38,145 bases of DNA, taken from Octopus bimaculoides. Its lineage: Eukaryota. The DNA lies in the NCBI RefSeq assembly GCF_001194135.2, contig NC_068982.1, forward strand, positions 53,979,969-54,018,113, in the 5' to 3' direction. A program made the translations under genes and the position numbers. A model generated the notes under the pieces. That model was not told the DNA's origin. It saw only the letters and a list, made by a program, of their open reading frames with translations, and made no database searches. This document shows positions 34,289-38,145 of the stretch, in pieces (position 1 is the stretch's first letter; each line of letters starts with the position of its first letter).

Positions 34289-35542
34289 GGTGGGGAAGCA
34301 AAATTTACAATATTTTGAGGCAGGGATTGAAAGATAGTGTATGACCAATTAGTTTATTGAAGGTCATGAAAATGTATTTCCCACAAGAAAATTTATATAA
34401 TAGAAAATGTTTTTATTCTATGTGTCCTCTTTCTTTCTTAAAAACTACCTTCACACGCTTCCTGAAACTTTCACAAGCGTTCCTCAAATATTCGGGAGCC
34501 ACACACGCTTCCTGAAACTTTCACAAGCGTTCCTCAAATATTCAGGAGACAACTTCTCCCATTCTTCTTTAAGAGTATCTTTAAGAAAGTCGACATTGCT
34601 GTGTGATATTCTATTGTTAGCATGTTCTAAAACGCCCCAAATAGCATAATCCAGAGGGTTTAGATCTGGGCTAGAAGGCGGCCATAAACATGATTCCAAA
34701 AATTTGCTGAAGTTGGATTTGCAGAAATCTTGTATTTTTCTAGCTGTGTGGGCTGAAGCACCATCCTGTGTCCATACATAATTACCATCTGGGTAGTTTG
34801 CTTTAAGCCATGGCAATACCTGGTATCTCAGAGTCTTGTAGTAAGTATTAACATTGATCTTTTCATCAGCTTTGTAGAATTTTATAGGCATTTTCTTTCC
34901 ATCGGAAGCCACAACACCAAAAGCCATAACTTGAGCAGAATGTTTTGTTTTGAATGTCCCCTTAATCTCCGCTGTCGGTTTTGCGATAAATCTGTAATTT
35001 CTGCGCTTCAGAGCAGCATCGACAGTGAAGATCTTTTCGTCTGAAAAGATCGTTACAATGGAGGACTTTTCTCGAAACATGTAATAATTTTCTCGTACCT
35101 TTCCAATCTCTTTTCCTTCATAGCTGTTGTCAACAAGTGTTTTGGTGTTCTTATGTACGATTTTAACCTCAAATCATATTTTATTACATTTCGAATGGTC
35201 TTGTTGTCTACCTCAAGTTCAATTGCCATTTTTCTCATGGAATCGGTTGCATCGTCTAGGATTTTGGATTTGAGAGCTTTAATATAAGCTTTGGTACGTT
35301 TTTTGTTGATTCCTCCACTTCCAGACTTCCTCGTAATAGTTTTGCTTATAGCCATTCTATTCTTTACATTATAAACAGACATTATGGGCACTCCACATGG
35401 GCAAAAGTTTCTGAAAAGGTAAGGATAACAGTGTCAGGTATGATTCTGACATCAATATATGCTAGGTTTCAAAACAATTGACTTAGTGCCTGCTGAGAAA
35501 AAGCAACTTAACTTTCATTGTAAATTTTGTTTCTCCACCCTG
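34286..35542 (-). mobile_element. Full-length maT (DD37D) Tc1/mariner DNA transposon, 1257 bp
   Basis: 26-bp TIRs CAGGGTGGGGAAGCAAAATTTACAAT and CAGGGTGGAGAAACAAAATTTACAAT (24/26); TA on both sides, embedded in (TA)n. Confidence 0.97.
34413..35391 (-). pseudogene. maT DD37D transposase, frameshifted
   Basis: HTH part 35391-35053 (RKSGSGG..SMRKMAIELEVDNKTIRN); catalytic part 35080-34484 with IFSDEKIF, WTQDGASAH and WPPSSPDLNPLD (37 residues between the 2nd and 3rd D by count). Frameshift near 35080; native end KRVKVVFKKERGHIE* (stop 34413-15) displaced by a 50-bp duplication. Confidence 0.95.
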
Positions 35543-35905
35543 TATATATATATATATTTGTNNNNNNNNNNNNNNNNNNNNNNNNNNNNNNNNNNNNNNN
35601 NNNNNNNNNNNNNNNNNNNNNNNNNNNNNNNNNNNNNNNNNNNNNNNNNNNNNNNNNNNNNNNNNNNNNNNNNNNNNNNNNNNNNNNNNNNNNNNNNNNN
35701 NNNNNNNNNNNNNNNNNNNNNNNNNNNNNNNNNNNNNNNNNNNNNNNNNNNNNNNNNNNNNNNNNNNNNNNNNNNNNNNNNNNNNNNNNNNNNNNNNNNN
35801 NNNNNNNNNNNNNNNNNNNNNNNNNNNNNNNNNNNNNNNNNNNNNNNNNNNNNNNNNNNNNNNNNNNNNNNNNNNNNNNNNNNNNNNNNNNNNNNNNNNN
35901 NNNNN

Positions 35906-36068
35906 CAGGTGGTGTAAACAACAAATGGATGTATTAGTTTAACACTCGGGAATAGAGAAAGTCTTCGACGTTTCGAGCCTACGCTCTTCAACTGAAAGGA
36001 ACCCAGAAAGAAATAAAGAGAGAAACAAAGAGAAAAAAAACATATAAATGTAGTGGTCAGCGATCTAT
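35906..36068 (-). mobile_element. Short Penelope-like repeat, copy B
   Basis: Matches 18666-18828; GACGTTTCGAGCCTACGCTCTTCAAC. Confidence 0.6.
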
Positions 36069-36133
36069 CATGATGTGTATATATGTGTGTGTGTATGTGT
36101 ATGTGTGTCTGTGTGTGTGTGGAAATGCGTGAC

Positions 36134-36240
36134 ATAGTGGTCAGGTTGTGGCCCTCATGATCGTAAGATTATGGTTTCGATACGTTACATTCTTGAGCAA
36201 AAGACATCATGCCACGTTGCTCCAGTTCTCACAGCTGGCG
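36134..36240 (+). mobile_element. Degenerate V-domain SINE head
   Basis: TAGTGGTCAGG..GGTTTCGATAC..TTCTTGAGCAAAAGAC..CACGTTGCTCCAG. Confidence 0.6.
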
Positions 36241-36317
36241 TCTCACCCGGGGTAATATATATGCATATATGTGTATGTGTGAATATATAAAGGAGCGTAA
36301 GTGTGTATATATATATA

Positions 36318-36732
36318 TTCTTTTATTCTTTTATTTGTTTCAATCATTTGCCTGCAGCCATGCTGGAGCGCCGCCTTTAGTCAACTGAATCGACCCCATG
36401 ACTTATTCTTTGTAAGCCTAGTATTTATTCAATCGGTCTCTTTTATCGAACCGGTAAGCTACGGGGACGTAAACACACCAACATCGGTTATCAAGCCATG
36501 GTGCGGGGGGGGGGGACAAACACAGACACACAATCATATACACTCACATATATATGTATATATATATATATATATATACGACGGGCTTCTTTCAGTTTCC
36601 GTCTACCAAATCCTCTCACGAAGCTTTGGTCGGCTCGAGGCTATAGTAGAAGACACTTGCTCAAGGTGCCACGCAGCGGGACTGAACTCGAAACCTTGTG
36701 GCTGGAAAGTGAGCTTCTTACCACAGCCACGC
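36318..36732 (-). mobile_element. Family 1 SINE, full length
   Basis: Collinear with 26185-26560, with an internal TA tract. Confidence 0.92.
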
Positions 36733-37332
36733 GTTCCTATANNNNNNNNNNNNNNNNNNNNNNNNNNNNNNNNNNNNNNNNNNNNNNNNNNNNNNNNNNN
36801 NNNNNNNNNNNNNNNNNNNNNNNNNNNNNNNNNNNNNNNNNNNNNNNNNNNNNNNNNNNNNNNNNNNNNNNNNNNNNNNNNNNNNNNNNNNNNNNNNNNN
36901 NNNNNNNNNNNNNNNNNNNNNNNNNNNNNNNNNNNNNNNNNNNNNNNNNNNNNNNNNNNNNNNNNNNNNNNNNNNNNNNNNNNNNNNNNNNNNNNNNNNN
37001 NNNNNNNNNNNNNNNNNNNNNNNNNNNNNNNNNNNNNNNNNNNNNNNNNNNNNNNNNNNNNNNNNNNNNNNNNNNNNNNNNNNNNNNNNNNNNNNNNNNN
37101 NNNNNNNNNNNNNNNNNNNNNNNNNNNNNNNNNNNNNNNNNNNNNNNNNNNNNNNNNNNNNNNNNNNNNNNNNNNNNNNNNNNNNNNNNNNNNNNNNNNN
37201 NNNNNNNNNNNNNNNNNNNNNNNNNNNNNNNNNNNNNNNNNNNNNNNNNNNNNNNNNNNNNNNNNNNNNNNNNNNNNNNNNNNNNNNNNNNNNNNNNNNN
37301 NNNNNNNNNNNNNNNNNNNNNNNNNNNNNNNN

Positions 37333-37556
37333 TATATATATATATATAAAAACAAAAGTAAATGAGTATATGCATATATACGTACAGGTATGTGCATACC
37401 GACATCCACCTGTATGTATAGGTGCATATCTGGGTACAGGACATTGCAAACAAACGTAGACGAGAACACACGAGCCACATAGAGAACATTCTACTTCATC
37501 AGCTACCCACGTTTTAACACTGGCGTTTTAACCCACGTTTTAACACTGGCGTTTCG
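37333..37556 (-). mobile_element. Possible Penelope-like terminal fragment with a 24-bp tandem duplication
   Basis: Minus strand has CGAAACG..CTGATGAAG; ACCCACGTTTTAACACTGGCGTTT occurs at 37505 and 37531. Confidence 0.35.
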
Positions 37557-38005
37557 CGCGCGCGAGTGCACATTCATAGACACATGCATACAAACATAAA
37601 TTTATGTCTATGGTCATTCATTCTTATCGATGCAGACATTCTGTCAGATTATTAGAATAGATATAGACAATCATATGTACGGGAGTGTAATAAAATACAA
37701 GTTGAAAAACTACATTACCATATAGTCGACAATAGGAAATGAATCATCTCATGATAGATTCCACAATGATACATATCCGGTTGACTTACAAACAGACAGC
37801 TCTATTTTTTTTTTCTTCTTTTCACTGTCAGCGCGCGTATAAGTATAGAGGTACACATATAATGCATACGTGCACAGAATCAAGCAGGCATGATCACATG
37901 AACACATACATATATAAATACTAACACACAAAACTGAACAAATGCATACGTTACGTTTGTGCTTCTCTGCGGTCAGACGAGCATATATACTTTATGTGTG
38001 TGTGC

Positions 38006-38058
<53 letters not shown>

Positions 38059-38069
38059 CATATGGGTAT

Positions 38070-38145
38070 GGTGCAGGTGTGGCTGACTGGCAAGAAACTT
38101 ACTTCCCAACAACATGGTTCCGGTTTCAGTCCATCTGAGTGACAA
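38070..38145 (+). mobile_element. Family 1 SINE head, cut by the window end
   Basis: GGTGCAGGTGTGGCTG..CAAGAAACTT..CAACATGGTTCCGGTTTCAGTCC. Confidence 0.8.

Noticed and set aside
37490-37556. CTGATGA and GAAAC on the minus strand as a hammerhead
   Set aside because: The boxes are in an order that needs helices I and III between them, and these cannot be formed with a valid NUH triplet.

Overview
AT-rich, repeat-dominated eukaryotic genomic window from a short-read assembly (12 N-gaps, nearly all abutting microsatellites). The SINE families and microsatellite load point to an octopus (coleoid cephalopod) genome; this is an inference. There is no prokaryotic system, CRISPR array, rRNA or true tRNA gene. 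Recognisable content: (1) a full-length but frameshifted maT/DD37D Tc1-mariner transposon with both TIRs and TA TSDs (34286-35542, minus); (2) a 191-bp Tc1/mariner-type MITE; (3) a decayed mariner; (4) a decayed Helitron whose Pif1 helicase half is preserved and whose Rep half appears replaced by a module with a ~100-bp inverted repeat; (5) LINE relics: an RTE 3' end, an R4/Dong-like RT-end/zinc-finger/RLE region interrupted by a SINE with an 11-bp TSD, and a 150-codon open ORF1-like frame at the left edge that the ORF track misses; (6) Penelope-like fragments with hammerhead-ribozyme-like cores; (7) about 35 tRNA-derived SINE copies (CORE-like, Nin/Deu-domain, V-domain and a ~380-bp family) showing module swapping and tandem clustering. 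Most long ORFs in the supplied track are microsatellite or gap artefacts. The best leads are a long near-perfect hairpin at 7732-7817, the hammerhead-like motifs, the modular and clustered SINE biology, the Helitron inverted-repeat module, and small unique islands with good splice sites that could be exons of an unidentified host gene (strand unresolved). I cannot support a claim of a wholly new biological system from sequence alone.
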